Below are positions 48,454 to 59,212 of a stretch of DNA of 64,000 nt, in pieces (position 1 is the first letter of the stretch; each line of letters begins with the position of its first letter). The notes beneath the pieces were generated by a model, which saw nothing but the letters and a program-made list of their open reading frames with translations, was not told where the DNA came from and searched no databases. Position numbers and translations under genes: made by a program. This DNA is from a bacterium (GTDB lineage Bacteria; Bacteroidota; Ignavibacteria; Kapaibacteriales; Kapaibacteriaceae). The stretch spans positions 37,677 through 101,676 of the forward strand of contig DAITNB010000005.1 of the NCBI GenBank assembly GCA_036834845.1. The letters run 5' to 3'.

Positions 48454-50295
48454 GTGCCTACACCAACGGAATATCGAGTTCGAGACCTCATCACGAGAAT
48501 GGTGCCGTTTGTTCGGCCATTCTGGAAGTTGGTGTTGTTTTCTACGCTGGCCAATCTGCTCTTCTCCGTTTCGAATGCAATGGTGTTGGCCATAGTAGAA
48601 CCGGTGTTCCGCACGCTATTCGGCGGCGATGCAGCTGGCGCAGCCACGCGCACCGTTCCAGCTGCTGCCTCTGGACTGAAAGCGCAGTTCGACGCCTTTT
48701 TGTCTTCCTTCATCGAGATGGCAACCTATGGCGAGAGCATCCGCAACATTAGCATCATCATCTTTGTGTTGTTCTTGGTTAGGGGGCTTACCAAGTATCT
48801 GGGTAACATCATCTCTACTCGTCTCGAAGAAGGGATAATGAAGAGTATTCGAGATGCCCTTTTTGGTCATATCACCCAGCAATCGCTAGACTTCTTCTCG
48901 AAGCGAAAGGCGGGAGACATCATATCACTCCTTACAAATGATGTAGGTGTGCTGAATCATGCAACGGTGAACTCCGTTACCACATTGTGGCGCGAAGCAA
49001 CCACACTTATCATCTACATTGTGCTGCTAACCATCATCAGCGCAAAACTGCTCGCAATATCGCTCGGTGTAGCTCTTTGTGGACTTCTGCTCATACGCAT
49101 GTTCACCAAGTTGCTGCGCACCTATGGCGCCCGCCTGCAGGCAGCACAGGCAGAATACACGTCCACGCTACAAGAGTCCATCCTTGGTATACGCGTTATC
49201 AAGGGGATGAGTGTAGAGCCACACTTTGTATCGCGCTTTATGTCGCAAACCGGACAATACGTTCGCCGCGCCCTAAAGAACACTCGCGTTATGGGTCTTA
49301 TCCCGGTTGTTAACGACACCTTTGGCATCCTGGCTCTGGTAACTGTGTTCTACGTTGGCGGCATGGAGCGCGAGGCGGGCAACATTACACCGTCGAACCT
49401 GGTAACTTTTCTCTTTCTTCTCTTTGGCTTGATGCAGCCAATTAGTGTGCTCGTGAACACCATTGCAGGCATGCAACGCGGCATAGCTGCGGGGGCAAAC
49501 GTTGCATCTGCACTGGACGAAGCACCAACTATTGCATCCGGATCGCATTCTGCTGCGAGTTTGCAACCCAAGATCGACGTACACAACGTGACATTCGCCT
49601 ACTCGGATGCGCCGGTCCTTCGCGACATTTCGTTTCAGGTTCAGGAGGGTGAAACCGTTGCGCTTGTGGGATCGTCTGGCAGCGGTAAGTCCACCATGCT
49701 GGACCTATTCCTTAGGTTCTACGACCCACAGGAGGGCTCGATTACCGTAGACGGCAAAGACATTCGAAGCCTCGATCTTGCGAGTTACAGAACACTGTTT
49801 GGTGTGGTATCTCAGGAGACCATCCTGTTTAACGACACCATAAGCAACAACATAAGTCTTGGCGTGGAAGGCGCAGATCAGTCTGCCATCGAAGCTGCGG
49901 CGCGTGTTGCACATGCCTATGGTTTCATCACTGAAATGCCCAACGGGTTTCAGACCAAGATTGGCGACAGGGGCCTAAGACTCTCCGGCGGACAACGTCA
50001 GCGCATTGCCATTGCGCGCGCGTTATTCCGCAATCCTCGCATCTTATTGTTCGACGAAGCAACGTCTGCTCTAGACACAGAAAGCGAACGCCTTGTTCAA
50101 GATGCTATAGACAGCGTTCTGGCGCGGCGAACCGCCATCGTTGTTGCCCATCGACTTTCGACAATTATGAAAGCCCACCGCATTCTCGTGTTCGACCAAG
50201 GAAGAATAGTGGAGCAAGGCACCCACAGCCAGCTTCTAGAGCAGAATGGCACGTATGCCAGATTGCATGCACTGCAGTTTGCCAACCCGTCCTAA
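48454..50295 (+). CDS. ABC transporter permease/ATPase fusion, MsbA-like lipid exporter
   Basis: It has a 6-TM N-domain. The Walker A is GSSGSGKST. The signature is LSGGQRQRIAIARAL. The Walker B is LLFDEATSALD. Confidence 0.9.
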   Translation: MPTPTEYRVRDLITRMVPFVRPFWKLVLFSTLANLLFSVSNAMVLAIVEPVFRTLFGGDAAGAATRTVPAAASGLKAQFDAFLSSFIEMATYGESIRNISIIIFVLFLVRGLTKYLGNIISTRLEEGIMKSIRDALFGHITQQSLDFFSKRKAGDIISLLTNDVGVLNHATVNSVTTLWREATTLIIYIVLLTIISAKLLAISLGVALCGLLLIRMFTKLLRTYGARLQAAQAEYTSTLQESILGIRVIKGMSVEPHFVSRFMSQTGQYVRRALKNTRVMGLIPVVNDTFGILALVTVFYVGGMEREAGNITPSNLVTFLFLLFGLMQPISVLVNTIAGMQRGIAAGANVASALDEAPTIASGSHSAASLQPKIDVHNVTFAYSDAPVLRDISFQVQEGETVALVGSSGSGKSTMLDLFLRFYDPQEGSITVDGKDIRSLDLASYRTLFGVVSQETILFNDTISNNISLGVEGADQSAIEAAARVAHAYGFITEMPNGFQTKIGDRGLRLSGGQRQRIAIARALFRNPRILLFDEATSALDTESERLVQDAIDSVLARRTAIVVAHRLSTIMKAHRILVFDQGRIVEQGTHSQLLEQNGTYARLHALQFANPS

Positions 50296-51926
50296 CGATT
50301 GCGGAACACCGTGTAGTCGCGCGTGGCAACCTCCACGTCGTATTCATCTCTCATGCTGGCATTCGCCGCAACACCCATCTTCCGATTGTGCGGGTGGTAA
50401 TACACTACCCAAGAGGCGCCACGAGCAAACTCCATTACTGATGGGTCATAGACGTTGGACGGCATAGCCAACGACGAGTAACGAAAGCCCGTTCTCCATG
50501 AATACACCCATCCATTGGTATACCATCCTAGCTGCGTATTGGTAGGAAGCTGGCTTTCGGACTGATGGTACACATACACAAACGTTCGAACAGCCGCCGT
50601 ATCAGCAGCAAGCGCTGCTGCGGTGGCTCTGCCTCCCTCGATGCGCTGTGGCCATCCAGTAACAATAATCAGCAACGATGCCGCCGACGCAACGGCAACA
50701 CTGCCATATACAAAGCGAGAATATCCGCGGGAGGCCGCCGTCTTTGCGAAACGCGCCGAAGCACGTGCGCGCAGCGCAACAGCAGCGGCTACGAAGATGG
50801 CAATGAGCAAGGCAATCCAGCGAATACCTGCATCAACCGTAACGAATGTAGCTAATACGGTAACAGCGTACCACGCGCCCCCTACTATCAGGCAAGCATA
50901 AAGTGATACAAGAACACTTGGCCGTGGCAATGCACGCACTGAGCGCAGCACGTCTATTGCTAGCAGTGCTACGGCCGGAACAAGCACCACTGCATTCGAG
51001 ATTGTTCGATCAGTGAACAGGGAATGTGCAATGGTTATGCTTACAAACCACAGTGCAACAACAACAACAAGTGGCTGCGACTCCCGAAGACGTTTTCCAT
51101 GGGGAGTAACGGCAATGGAACACCACACAATGGCAAGTATGGCAAGAGGCGACGATTCCAGCACACGCCCAATCATGTCTAACGGACCAAACGATCCCTC
51201 CGCCCCATGTCCAACAGAATAGGCCAGCAGGAATTGCTCACCGTATGCATGCAGCATGCTCCCATACCAAAAAGCGGCTACAGACACACTTGCAACGCAC
51301 ATCACGGCAACATGCACCCGCAACAGACCAGCCGGAGTAATTGTGCAGAGAAGTATCACAAGAACAACTGCATGAAAGGGCATGAGCAAGGTGCAGGCGG
51401 TGCATACCACTCCAAGTAACACGAGAACAGCAATGCGCAGTAATCGAGATGGTGCCGCAAAGACTCCAACACACCAAAGAGCCGTCATCATACCCGCCGT
51501 AAACGGCATAGCATCGTTACCAAGGCGCGAATACAACACAATAGGCAAGGACGCACCAGTGATTACTGTTGCAAGTAATGCATCTTCGAATGGAAACAGT
51601 TTACGAGCAACGAGATACGTTCCAACAAGCGCTACTGCCGCACTCAGAAGCGAGAACCAGCGTACAGCAATGGGACTCTTCCCCATTACTCGTAGTCCCA
51701 GGGCGGCCATCCACACAGAGAGAGGTGGTTTGGCCGCTACCGAAAGTCCATCTGGAGCGTGACCCGACTGGTCGGTCCATTCTCCGTGTTCCGCAACCGC
51801 TTCCGCTCGTGCGGCGATAGCTCCTTCCTGAGTTGGCTGAATTTCTGTAGCGCCAATGCGCACCATGTATGCGCCAACAATGGCTAACAGTACCGCCACA
51901 ACAGTATGCTGCCTGCTCGTCATCAT
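50292..51926 (-). CDS. Polytopic membrane glycosyltransferase, GT39/GT83 (ArnT/PMT-like)
   Basis: It has many TM helices. The N-terminal loop resembles ArnT/PMT. I place the start at Met61 (51926), which overlaps the upstream stop as ATGA. The ORF track extends to 52106. Confidence 0.65.
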   Translation of the reverse strand: MMTSRQHTVVAVLLAIVGAYMVRIGATEIQPTQEGAIAARAEAVAEHGEWTDQSGHAPDGLSVAAKPPLSVWMAALGLRVMGKSPIAVRWFSLLSAAVALVGTYLVARKLFPFEDALLATVITGASLPIVLYSRLGNDAMPFTAGMMTALWCVGVFAAPSRLLRIAVLVLLGVVCTACTLLMPFHAVVLVILLCTITPAGLLRVHVAVMCVASVSVAAFWYGSMLHAYGEQFLLAYSVGHGAEGSFGPLDMIGRVLESSPLAILAIVWCSIAVTPHGKRLRESQPLVVVVALWFVSITIAHSLFTDRTISNAVVLVPAVALLAIDVLRSVRALPRPSVLVSLYACLIVGGAWYAVTVLATFVTVDAGIRWIALLIAIFVAAAVALRARASARFAKTAASRGYSRFVYGSVAVASAASLLIIVTGWPQRIEGGRATAAALAADTAAVRTFVYVYHQSESQLPTNTQLGWYTNGWVYSWRTGFRYSSLAMPSNVYDPSVMEFARGASWVVYYHPHNRKMGVAANASMRDEYDVEVATRDYTVFRNR

Positions 51927-52972
51927 CCAATGTAGATTGCCTGCGGGGCAAACGAAAATATCAAGATGGCAATGGCAACCCAACCCACAATTTTTCTCGT
52001 TGGGGAAAGGGGCTCTTCCAGCGCCACCGGTGGATGATCGATACGGATGAAGAAACGGATGAGAATCATCCAGAATGCCCACAGTCCACCAATCTGAAAC
52101 AGCCACGGCGCTGCAGATATTGCCTGTGTAAGCGATGGCTCTACGTTACGCTGAAGCCACACTATCCACGCGTCCTCGAAATATTCTGTTGAAAGCAGTT
52201 CGTGTATCCATCCAATCATGGACAGGATTACAAGCAAGAACATCACCCACCAAAGGGCCCTGCCCACGGTGTGTTGCTTGCGTCCAACAAGTGCATATAG
52301 AACATGACCGCCGTCGAGCTGACCAAATGGCAACATGTTTAAGGCCGTAACGAACAACCCAAACCAACCAACACAGAAGAATGGATAATGATAGATCTCC
52401 GTCATGGGTGGCCAATACACAGTAGAACCGGTTGCGCTGCGGAGCAGCCAGAAAAACAACGAGTCGCCAAACGTTAAAACAGCGCCCGGCTCTGCTCCCG
52501 CACCATTTGGATGCAGTGTCGCAATCAGTTCCGGACCCGGATTAACAACCATTCCAATAGCTAAGATTACCAGACACACTACAAACCCAGCAAGCGGACC
52601 CGATACTCCGATGTCGAAAAGAACCGTTCGAGAGGCAATCGGAGTGCGCGTTCGAATAACGGCACCAAAGGTGCCAAACGGCATCAATGCCGGTGGAATC
52701 GGTATAAAGAATGGCAACGTTGCGTCAACACCATGAATGCGGGCAGCAATGTAATGTCCGAACTCATGGGCTGCGAGAAACGAAAGAATGAGAGCCGCAT
52801 ACGTTAGGCCGTAGGTCCAGTTCTCTATAGCATACGGGTCTTGCATCATCCACTGGGTGCCGGCCATTGTGCACGTAACGAAGCTTGCCACGAAAAGGAG
52901 AATGTGGCGGAGTGGACCTCGCTGTGGTTTCGTTTCTGTAGCCGCCGTACCGTCAAGGCGCGTGTAGCCCAT
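51923..52972 (-). CDS. Site-2 protease family (M50) membrane metalloprotease
   Basis: An HEFGHY zinc motif in a TM helix is present, with a downstream LDGG. Confidence 0.8.
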   Translation of the reverse strand: MGYTRLDGTAATETKPQRGPLRHILLFVASFVTCTMAGTQWMMQDPYAIENWTYGLTYAALILSFLAAHEFGHYIAARIHGVDATLPFFIPIPPALMPFGTFGAVIRTRTPIASRTVLFDIGVSGPLAGFVVCLVILAIGMVVNPGPELIATLHPNGAGAEPGAVLTFGDSLFFWLLRSATGSTVYWPPMTEIYHYPFFCVGWFGLFVTALNMLPFGQLDGGHVLYALVGRKQHTVGRALWWVMFLLVILSMIGWIHELLSTEYFEDAWIVWLQRNVEPSLTQAISAAPWLFQIGGLWAFWMILIRFFIRIDHPPVALEEPLSPTRKIVGWVAIAILIFSFAPQAIYIG

Positions 52973-54510
52973 TACGCATTATCCGCATTGGTAATGGTTC
53001 CGGCACTTCTTTCGGGTTTCATTTGCGGGAAGAACAACACATCTCTAATCGAGTCGTTCCCGGTTAACAGCATTACCAAGCGGTCTATTCCAATGCCGAG
53101 TCCGGCCGTTGGTGGCAACCCAACCTCTATAGCGTGGAGGAAGTCTTCGTCTACCACCATTGCCTCGTCATCTCCGGCAGCGCGAATCAGTGCTTGTTCT
53201 TCCAATCGAGCGCGCTGATCCACCGGGTCATTAAGCTCCGAGAATGCATTGGCCAACTCTTTACCAAGAACAAACAGTTCGAATCGCTCCACAAGCCCCT
53301 TCTCTGTTGGATGGGCTTTGGCTAGTGGCGACATTTCCACGGGGTAGTCTATCACGAACGTTGGCTGCACCAGATGCGGCTGAACACATTCAGAGAAAAT
53401 CTCATCGAGGATCTTCATTGCACTTGCTGTAGACTCAACGTTCACGTTAAGCGCGCGCGCTGCGGCAAGCAACTCTTCTCGCGAAGCACCTCGCAGGTCC
53501 TTACCGGTGTGTTGCAGAAAGAGATCGTACATCTTGGCACGCCGAAACGGAAGCGCCATAGAAATGTCTGTGCCATGGAAGTTTACCGTTTCGGAGCCAC
53601 ATGTTTCCTTGGTAATCGTGTTAAGCAACGTTTCGGTCATCTCCATCATCCACACGTAGTCCTTGTACGCAACGTAGATCTCCATGGAGGTAAACTCGGG
53701 GTTGTGAGTTTTATCCATGCCCTCGTTGCGGAAGTTCTTCGAGATCTCGTACACACCTTCAAAGCCCCCTACAATGAGGCGCTTTAGATACAACTCGTCT
53801 GCGATGCGGAGGTAGAGGTCTACATCGAGTGCATTGTGGTGGGTGATAAAGGGGCGAGCAGTGGCGCCACCATAGAGTGGCTGCAAAATTGGCGTTTCTA
53901 CTTCCAGCCATCCACGTTCATCAAAAAACTTGCGCATGGTGGTGATAACCTTGGAGCGCTTGATAAAGGTTTCCTTGATATCGGGGTTGGCGATAAGATC
54001 GAGATAGCGCTTGCGATACCGCTGCTCTTTGTCGGTGATTGCATCGTAACGTTTTACGGTGCCATCTTCTGCTACCTCCTCCTTGCCTACGGGGATTGGA
54101 GTGATGCTTTTTGTGAGGAGTGTTACCGTGCGAGCGTGAACACTAATCTCGCCCATACGTGTCCGGAACACGAAGCCCTCAACGCCAATAAAATCTCCGA
54201 TGTCGTAGAGACGCAGAAGATCGTATGCATTGCCGAGATCGTCTTTTTTGAGGTATATCTGAATTCTTCCGGAGGCGTCTTGGATGTGAAAGAAAGACGC
54301 CTTGCCCATTTTCCTCATGGCCATAATTCGTCCAGCCACATGTACGGAGGCGAAGGATTCCGGGTGCTCATCCGAAAACGTCTCAAGAATGTGTCTTGCA
54401 CTGTGGCTTTTGTTGAACGACACCGGGTAAGGATTTATTCCAAGCCCTCGCAGCTCTGTAAGCTTTTCGAGGCGCTGAAGTTCCTGATCGTTGCGGTGAA
54501 CTGAAGACAT
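52972..54510 (-). CDS. lysS: Lysine--tRNA ligase (class II)
   Basis: It has an OB-fold anticodon-binding N-domain and class II motifs 1-3. The start is at the internal Met ([17 protein letters not shown]) at 54510. The track ORF adds 102 non-homologous codons. Confidence 0.9.
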   Translation of the reverse strand: MSSVHRNDQELQRLEKLTELRGLGINPYPVSFNKSHSARHILETFSDEHPESFASVHVAGRIMAMRKMGKASFFHIQDASGRIQIYLKKDDLGNAYDLLRLYDIGDFIGVEGFVFRTRMGEISVHARTVTLLTKSITPIPVGKEEVAEDGTVKRYDAITDKEQRYRKRYLDLIANPDIKETFIKRSKVITTMRKFFDERGWLEVETPILQPLYGGATARPFITHHNALDVDLYLRIADELYLKRLIVGGFEGVYEISKNFRNEGMDKTHNPEFTSMEIYVAYKDYVWMMEMTETLLNTITKETCGSETVNFHGTDISMALPFRRAKMYDLFLQHTGKDLRGASREELLAAARALNVNVESTASAMKILDEIFSECVQPHLVQPTFVIDYPVEMSPLAKAHPTEKGLVERFELFVLGKELANAFSELNDPVDQRARLEEQALIRAAGDDEAMVVDEDFLHAIEVGLPPTAGLGIGIDRLVMLLTGNDSIRDVLFFPQMKPERSAGTITNADNA

Positions 54511-54596
54511 AAATCGGGGGTCCAGGTAATTCAATGTAGACAAAGAAGTGGCAAAGATAGCCCTCGTTCTGGCATGTTTACGATATTCGCAACAAC

Positions 54597-55835
54597 ATGA
54601 ATACCCTACCGAAGCCCGAAACAGCCACGCCAGAGCATCGCGCATGGCAATCGGTGCTTGATGCCGCCACAAGGGCGTTTTCCACGGGTGGGTATACAAA
54701 GACGTCTGCCGATGCTCTCGCACGCTCTGCCGGCGTGTCCAAGAAGACGCTTTACCGGCTGTTTCGGTCGAAGGAAAACCTAATGATGTTCGTTGCCGAG
54801 AGAGTGATGAGAGCAATCGACCAAGACACTCTTCATCTCTTTGAGGATCATTCCCGATCGGCGGCAGAGCGCATTTCGGCTCTTGTTACTGCCTTAGCAC
54901 CTCACTATGCTGCGATTCGCTCTCCGTTGATGGTGCAAGACATGCTCAGCAATGCACCCAAAGTTTGGTCGGAACTTGAGCGGTGGCGTCGTGGACGATA
55001 CGAGCGGTTTCGAAACATTCTCGACGATGGTGTTCGATCCGGCGAGTTCCGCGCGGACATCCCGGCGGCGCAAATGCATGCTTTCTATACAGCTATGGTA
55101 GAGAAGGTATTAGACCCACATACACTGCGGCGTGCAGATCAAGGTGCCGATGCCGTGTACACTGCATTTATGAATTTGTTCCTTCGTGGAATACTTACAT
55201 CAAACAGCCACGAGATATGCCCTCCGTTGTCACTTCTCTATTTCCACGACACCGATCCTTCCATCCAAACCACAGAGCAGCTACTGCGTGATAATGGGTA
55301 TCAACGAACCACGGTAGATAGTATAGCTCGGTTGGCCGGCGTCTCGAAGAAGACGTTGTACGAACACTTCGAATCCAAAGAGAACATTGTTGCCCAGGTG
55401 TTTCGCGTTGCCGCGCAACAGGCAGAAAGTTCTGTGCCACACGGCATGTTCGAACACAGAGACGCCTTTGTGAGCAACATCCACCAGATTGTGTCTATAT
55501 ACGCCTCTACGCTAGGACGTTTTGGCAAGGGGCTTCGAGACGAGATTGCAGAAAAGCTACCTAAGGTGCACCAGCATTTCGAAGAGGGGCGCACATCATT
55601 TCTGAACACGTGGATTACCCGCTCAATCGAACGTGGAAAGGACTTTGGCATAGTTCGATTTGATACTGACGTTCATCTCACGTCGTCGGCAATTCAGGTG
55701 GTTATCGACCACGTATTCGAGCAGGATGCGCCTAACGAGCAAACAACGAAGTTGCTACCCGAACTGGCCTGTTCAATTATTTTCTACGGGATCGAGCAGC
55801 GTACAACACCACACCTGCCGCAACCGACGCATTAA
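54597..55835 (+). CDS. Fused tandem TetR/AcrR-family transcriptional regulator (two complete TetR modules in one 412-aa chain)
   Basis: Two HTH segments are present: [27 protein letters not shown] and [26 protein letters not shown]. Each is followed by a ligand-domain-length segment. Confidence 0.8.
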   Translation: MNTLPKPETATPEHRAWQSVLDAATRAFSTGGYTKTSADALARSAGVSKKTLYRLFRSKENLMMFVAERVMRAIDQDTLHLFEDHSRSAAERISALVTALAPHYAAIRSPLMVQDMLSNAPKVWSELERWRRGRYERFRNILDDGVRSGEFRADIPAAQMHAFYTAMVEKVLDPHTLRRADQGADAVYTAFMNLFLRGILTSNSHEICPPLSLLYFHDTDPSIQTTEQLLRDNGYQRTTVDSIARLAGVSKKTLYEHFESKENIVAQVFRVAAQQAESSVPHGMFEHRDAFVSNIHQIVSIYASTLGRFGKGLRDEIAEKLPKVHQHFEEGRTSFLNTWITRSIERGKDFGIVRFDTDVHLTSSAIQVVIDHVFEQDAPNEQTTKLLPELACSIIFYGIEQRTTPHLPQPTH

Positions 55836-56547
55836 GCGAAGCCACCTTGCCCATCATGGGAATCTCTACAAGCACTGTGCAACATGCACGAACACTTGGA
55901 TGAAGACCTTCACCCTCGCTTCCAAACACAATGATGGTGGGTCCGGCGTATGATTCTTCGTCGTACCGCAGATCTCCCGGATGCGCGGTGCCTACAATTC
56001 TCCATCCGCGAGAAGCGCAGTGTTTAAGCGTTTCGGATACGCGAGCAACCTTGGCAATGGGAAGGTGCTCCAAGGCACCGGCAGATGCCTTAACGGCAAC
56101 TGGTGTAATAGGCGCACTGTATTTCTCCGGAAGAATCATACCGTAAACGCCGGCGCCCTCTGCGCTGCGGGCAATTGCGCCAAGATTATGCGGGTCTGTT
56201 ATACCATCGAGCACAACAACAAGTGGATCTTTCGCGGAACCTAAAGCCCCCTCCAACAATGCATCGAGTGTAATTGATGGGGCTGCCGGACGTATAGCGA
56301 TAACGCCCTGCGCATCGTTCACGGCCAACCCTAACTGACGTTCGAGGAGTGTGAATTTCCGACGATCCATAACACTTACGCGAATGCCTTGCGAGGTTGC
56401 AATCGAGCGTATACGTGCAATTGGCGGAGCATCTTCGGAGCCGTAGGCGATGTGAATTTTCTCGAGGGGCACGGCGGCTTCGAGCGCTTCGGAAACCGCG
56501 CGTCTGCCGGCAACGTACCGCGAAGAGTCCGGCGCTGTATCAGTCAT
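55777..56547 (-). CDS. rlmB: SpoU-family 23S rRNA (guanosine-2'-O)-methyltransferase RlmB-like
   Basis: The SpoU motifs are VVLDGITDPHNLGAIARSAEGAGV, IVFGSEGEGL and [13 protein letters not shown]-like. I place the start at Met28. Confidence 0.8.
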   Translation of the reverse strand: MTDTAPDSSRYVAGRRAVSEALEAAVPLEKIHIAYGSEDAPPIARIRSIATSQGIRVSVMDRRKFTLLERQLGLAVNDAQGVIAIRPAAPSITLDALLEGALGSAKDPLVVVLDGITDPHNLGAIARSAEGAGVYGMILPEKYSAPITPVAVKASAGALEHLPIAKVARVSETLKHCASRGWRIVGTAHPGDLRYDEESYAGPTIIVFGSEGEGLHPSVRACCTVLVEIPMMGKVASLNASVAAGVVLYAARSRRK

Positions 56548-57835
56548 GAATGGATGCAAGGATGTTGTGAAGGTGTGTTCCAAACATTGCAACATCTGCA
56601 AAGCTGGTATATAAGGGGGCTGGTGCAACCCGCATCACGTTTGGCTGACGCCAGTCTACAACCACTCCGCGCGCCAGGAGTGCCTCGAAAATTTCTCGAC
56701 CGTTTTTGTCGAATTGTATGCTCAGCTGTGCACCGCGCTCGTTTGGCTGGGTTGGAGTAATGATGCTAATCCAGGCTGAACCGGATGTTACGTCGGCTAT
56801 TACGCGCTCGAGAAATGCCGTAAGCGCGTTGCGTTTGCGGCACACTGCTTCGAAACCGGCGGCCTGAAAACACTCCAGCGAGGCTCTGAGTGATGCCATT
56901 TGCAGCACCTGGGCGTTCGAAAGCTGCCATCCATCGGCGCCATGTGTAGGAACAAACCGGTGTTCCATGGCAAAGCGGGTAGATTCTTCGTTTCCCCACC
57001 ATCCGGCAAGCCGAGGCAGATCAGCCGAGTTGGCGTGTCTGTCATGAACAAACAGTCCGCCAACAGCCCCTGGGCCGGCATTGAGATACTTGTAGGAACA
57101 CCAAACAGCAAAGTCCGCGCCCCACGAATGGAGCTGCAGCTCTACGTTGCCAATAGCGTGTGCCAAATCAAAACCCACAAGAGCGCCGGCGGCATGCGCG
57201 GATGCGGCAATCTTCTCCATGTCGAACCGCTGTCCGGTGTAGAAGTGCACGCCGCTAAAGAGAACGAGTGCGAGCGAGTTCGCATGTTCTGCAATTGCTC
57301 GCTGAATTTGTTCCGTGGTTAGGGTATGGGATCCGGGTTCGGGGTGTATTTCTACAATGGCCTCTTCCGGTTCAAAGCCATGGAGACGCACCTGACTCTC
57401 TACAGCGTACCTATCCGACGGGAATTCGTGCCCGGCCATAAGAATGCGGTACCGCTGCTCTGCTGGACGATAAAACGAGGTCATCATGAGATGGAGATTC
57501 ACGGTGAGTGTGTTCATTGCCACCACCTCGTGGGGCAGTGCCCCTACGAGCGATGCAAGGGGCTCGGCAAACCACCGGTGGTACGAAAACCACGGTCGTC
57601 TGGATTTGAAATGGCCGTCTACCCCCAACGTGCGCCAGTCCTCGAGTTCTTCCTCCACATATCTGCTCGCGTTTACATGCTGCAGCCCCAGAGAGTTACC
57701 TGTGAAATACAGGCAAGGGGCATTATCGTGCTGCGGAAAGTGAAACTGCGCGCGAAATGGGGCTATTTCGTCTGCAGCATCCCGAGCTGCGGCCTCTCGT
57801 GCAAATGTTTCCAGAGTTGATTCGGTAACGTTCAT
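56540..57835 (-). CDS. kynU: Kynureninase
   Basis: The N-terminal FHFPQHDNAPCLYFTGNSLGLQ and the PLP-lysine region match the KynU family. The length is 431 aa. Confidence 0.9.
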   Translation of the reverse strand: MNVTESTLETFAREAAARDAADEIAPFRAQFHFPQHDNAPCLYFTGNSLGLQHVNASRYVEEELEDWRTLGVDGHFKSRRPWFSYHRWFAEPLASLVGALPHEVVAMNTLTVNLHLMMTSFYRPAEQRYRILMAGHEFPSDRYAVESQVRLHGFEPEEAIVEIHPEPGSHTLTTEQIQRAIAEHANSLALVLFSGVHFYTGQRFDMEKIAASAHAAGALVGFDLAHAIGNVELQLHSWGADFAVWCSYKYLNAGPGAVGGLFVHDRHANSADLPRLAGWWGNEESTRFAMEHRFVPTHGADGWQLSNAQVLQMASLRASLECFQAAGFEAVCRKRNALTAFLERVIADVTSGSAWISIITPTQPNERGAQLSIQFDKNGREIFEALLARGVVVDWRQPNVMRVAPAPLYTSFADVAMFGTHLHNILASIHD

Positions 57836-57905
57836 TGCGGTTCTGAGTCTGTCTGTGTCCGTGAAGAGTGCTAATTTGCAGTTTATTCAAACAATGGAGG
57901 TATCA

Positions 57906-58370
57906 ATGCGCCGATTACACGTCTGGTTCATCGCCTGGGTGGCAATGTGCTCTCTCGTGTTGTCTGGCTGCAATGCCTTCAACTACTTGGATCGCAAGCG
58001 CACCATGAGTATGCCGTGTGGTGGCAGCCGCGACTCCTGGATGCGCAACACAGAGTCGATTTTCGACCAAAACGGCTACACCATTGTAGAGCGTGATACA
58101 GCTGAAGGGGTTCTTGTGGCGCAAGACTCCATCAATCAGGTGGAGTATCGGTACACAATGCTTGTACGCACATGGCGCGTGCAGCATTCCGGCGATTCCG
58201 TGTTTGTAGACGTGTATTCCGTGTCCACCCGCCTCGATGGCAGCGATGTAACGCAAACGTGGGACAAACGCTGGTCTGGCGAACAGGTCAAGGCGTGGAT
58301 GAGACCCATCCTAACGTCTATTGAAACCACGTGCGGTATGGGAAGCCCCCTTACACCCGGCGCCCGCTAA
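57906..58370 (+). CDS. Hypothetical lipoprotein
   Basis: The signal peptide is MRRLHVWFIAWVAMCSLVLSGC, with lipobox LSGC. I recognise no homology. Confidence 0.45.
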   Translation: MRRLHVWFIAWVAMCSLVLSGCNAFNYLDRKRTMSMPCGGSRDSWMRNTESIFDQNGYTIVERDTAEGVLVAQDSINQVEYRYTMLVRTWRVQHSGDSVFVDVYSVSTRLDGSDVTQTWDKRWSGEQVKAWMRPILTSIETTCGMGSPLTPGAR

Positions 58371-58811
58371 TCAGCGGTTTGTGCTAAAATTTTCCGGAAC
58401 GTCTATCTCCATCATGAGCATGGCAGACGCAACCGTTTTACCCTGAGCATCGAGCTTGAGGGAAACCGTTCCGCCCCCTCCCAAGGTGTTGTTGAGCACA
58501 AAATTAACGGCCCAAAGGTTCGGCAGCTCGTAGCGCTCTACCGGACCAAGACAAACGCCCGCGAAATACTCCGCAACGCGTTCTGTGGTAAGAGCATCCC
58601 TGATGATAGGATACCACTCCTCTTTAAAGGCAATGACGCCACAATTGGCGGCGTCGCCTTTGTCGCCACTACGGGCATGGGCAATTTGCGAGAGACGAAT
58701 TTTCATAGAGGCGAAGATACGAAGCCGCGCTTTGGTTCGTCTGAACCCCCGAAAAGCGGTAACTTTGTTCATCCAAATCGCCATAGGCCCTGCGAACCGC
58801 AGAAGGAGCAA
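58371..58811 (-). CDS. DUF4387-like (AtuA C-terminal domain-like) stand-alone protein
   Basis: The HARSGDKGDAANCGVIA segment resembles the DUF4387 signature. A likely start is the internal Met at 58706. Confidence 0.45.
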   Translation of the reverse strand: MLLLRFAGPMAIWMNKVTAFRGFRRTKARLRIFASMKIRLSQIAHARSGDKGDAANCGVIAFKEEWYPIIRDALTTERVAEYFAGVCLGPVERYELPNLWAVNFVLNNTLGGGGTVSLKLDAQGKTVASAMLMMEIDVPENFSTNR

Positions 58812-58813
58812 CC

Positions 58814-59209
58814 ATGAATCGTGTAATGTTTAAATCGAAGATCCACCGCGCCCGGATTACGCAGGCCGACCTTTACTACGAGGGTTCGCTAACAATAGAC
58901 ACCGAGTTGATGGAAGCCGCAGACCTTGTGGCCTACGAAAAAGTGTCGGTAGTGAACATCAACAACGGCGAACGCTTCGAAACCTACGTTATCCCAGGTG
59001 CGTCCGGTAGCCGCGATATCTGCCTAAATGGCGCCGCTGCTCGTAAGGGTCATGTAGACGACGAGATTATCATCATCAGCTACACCACTGTTCCAGACGA
59101 TGAATCCCGCACGTGGCAGCCCACGGTAGTGCTTGTAGACAAAGACAACAACCCCGTAGAGGTTTCCCAGAGCGTAGAGGCCTACACTCAGGTACATCGC
59201 TCGAACTAG
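58814..59209 (+). CDS. panD: Aspartate 1-decarboxylase
   Basis: The N-terminus is MNRVMFKSKIHRARITQADLYYEGSLTID. A GS processing site is present. The length is 131 aa. Confidence 0.95.
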   Translation: MNRVMFKSKIHRARITQADLYYEGSLTIDTELMEAADLVAYEKVSVVNINNGERFETYVIPGASGSRDICLNGAAARKGHVDDEIIIISYTTVPDDESRTWQPTVVLVDKDNNPVEVSQSVEAYTQVHRSN

Positions 59210-59212
59210 CCC

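Noticed and set aside
52972-54816. 614-aa LysS with a 102-aa Cys/Arg-rich N-terminal extension
   Set aside because: LysS homology starts at [17 protein letters not shown] (54510). The extension has no homology and is probably spurious upstream reading frame.
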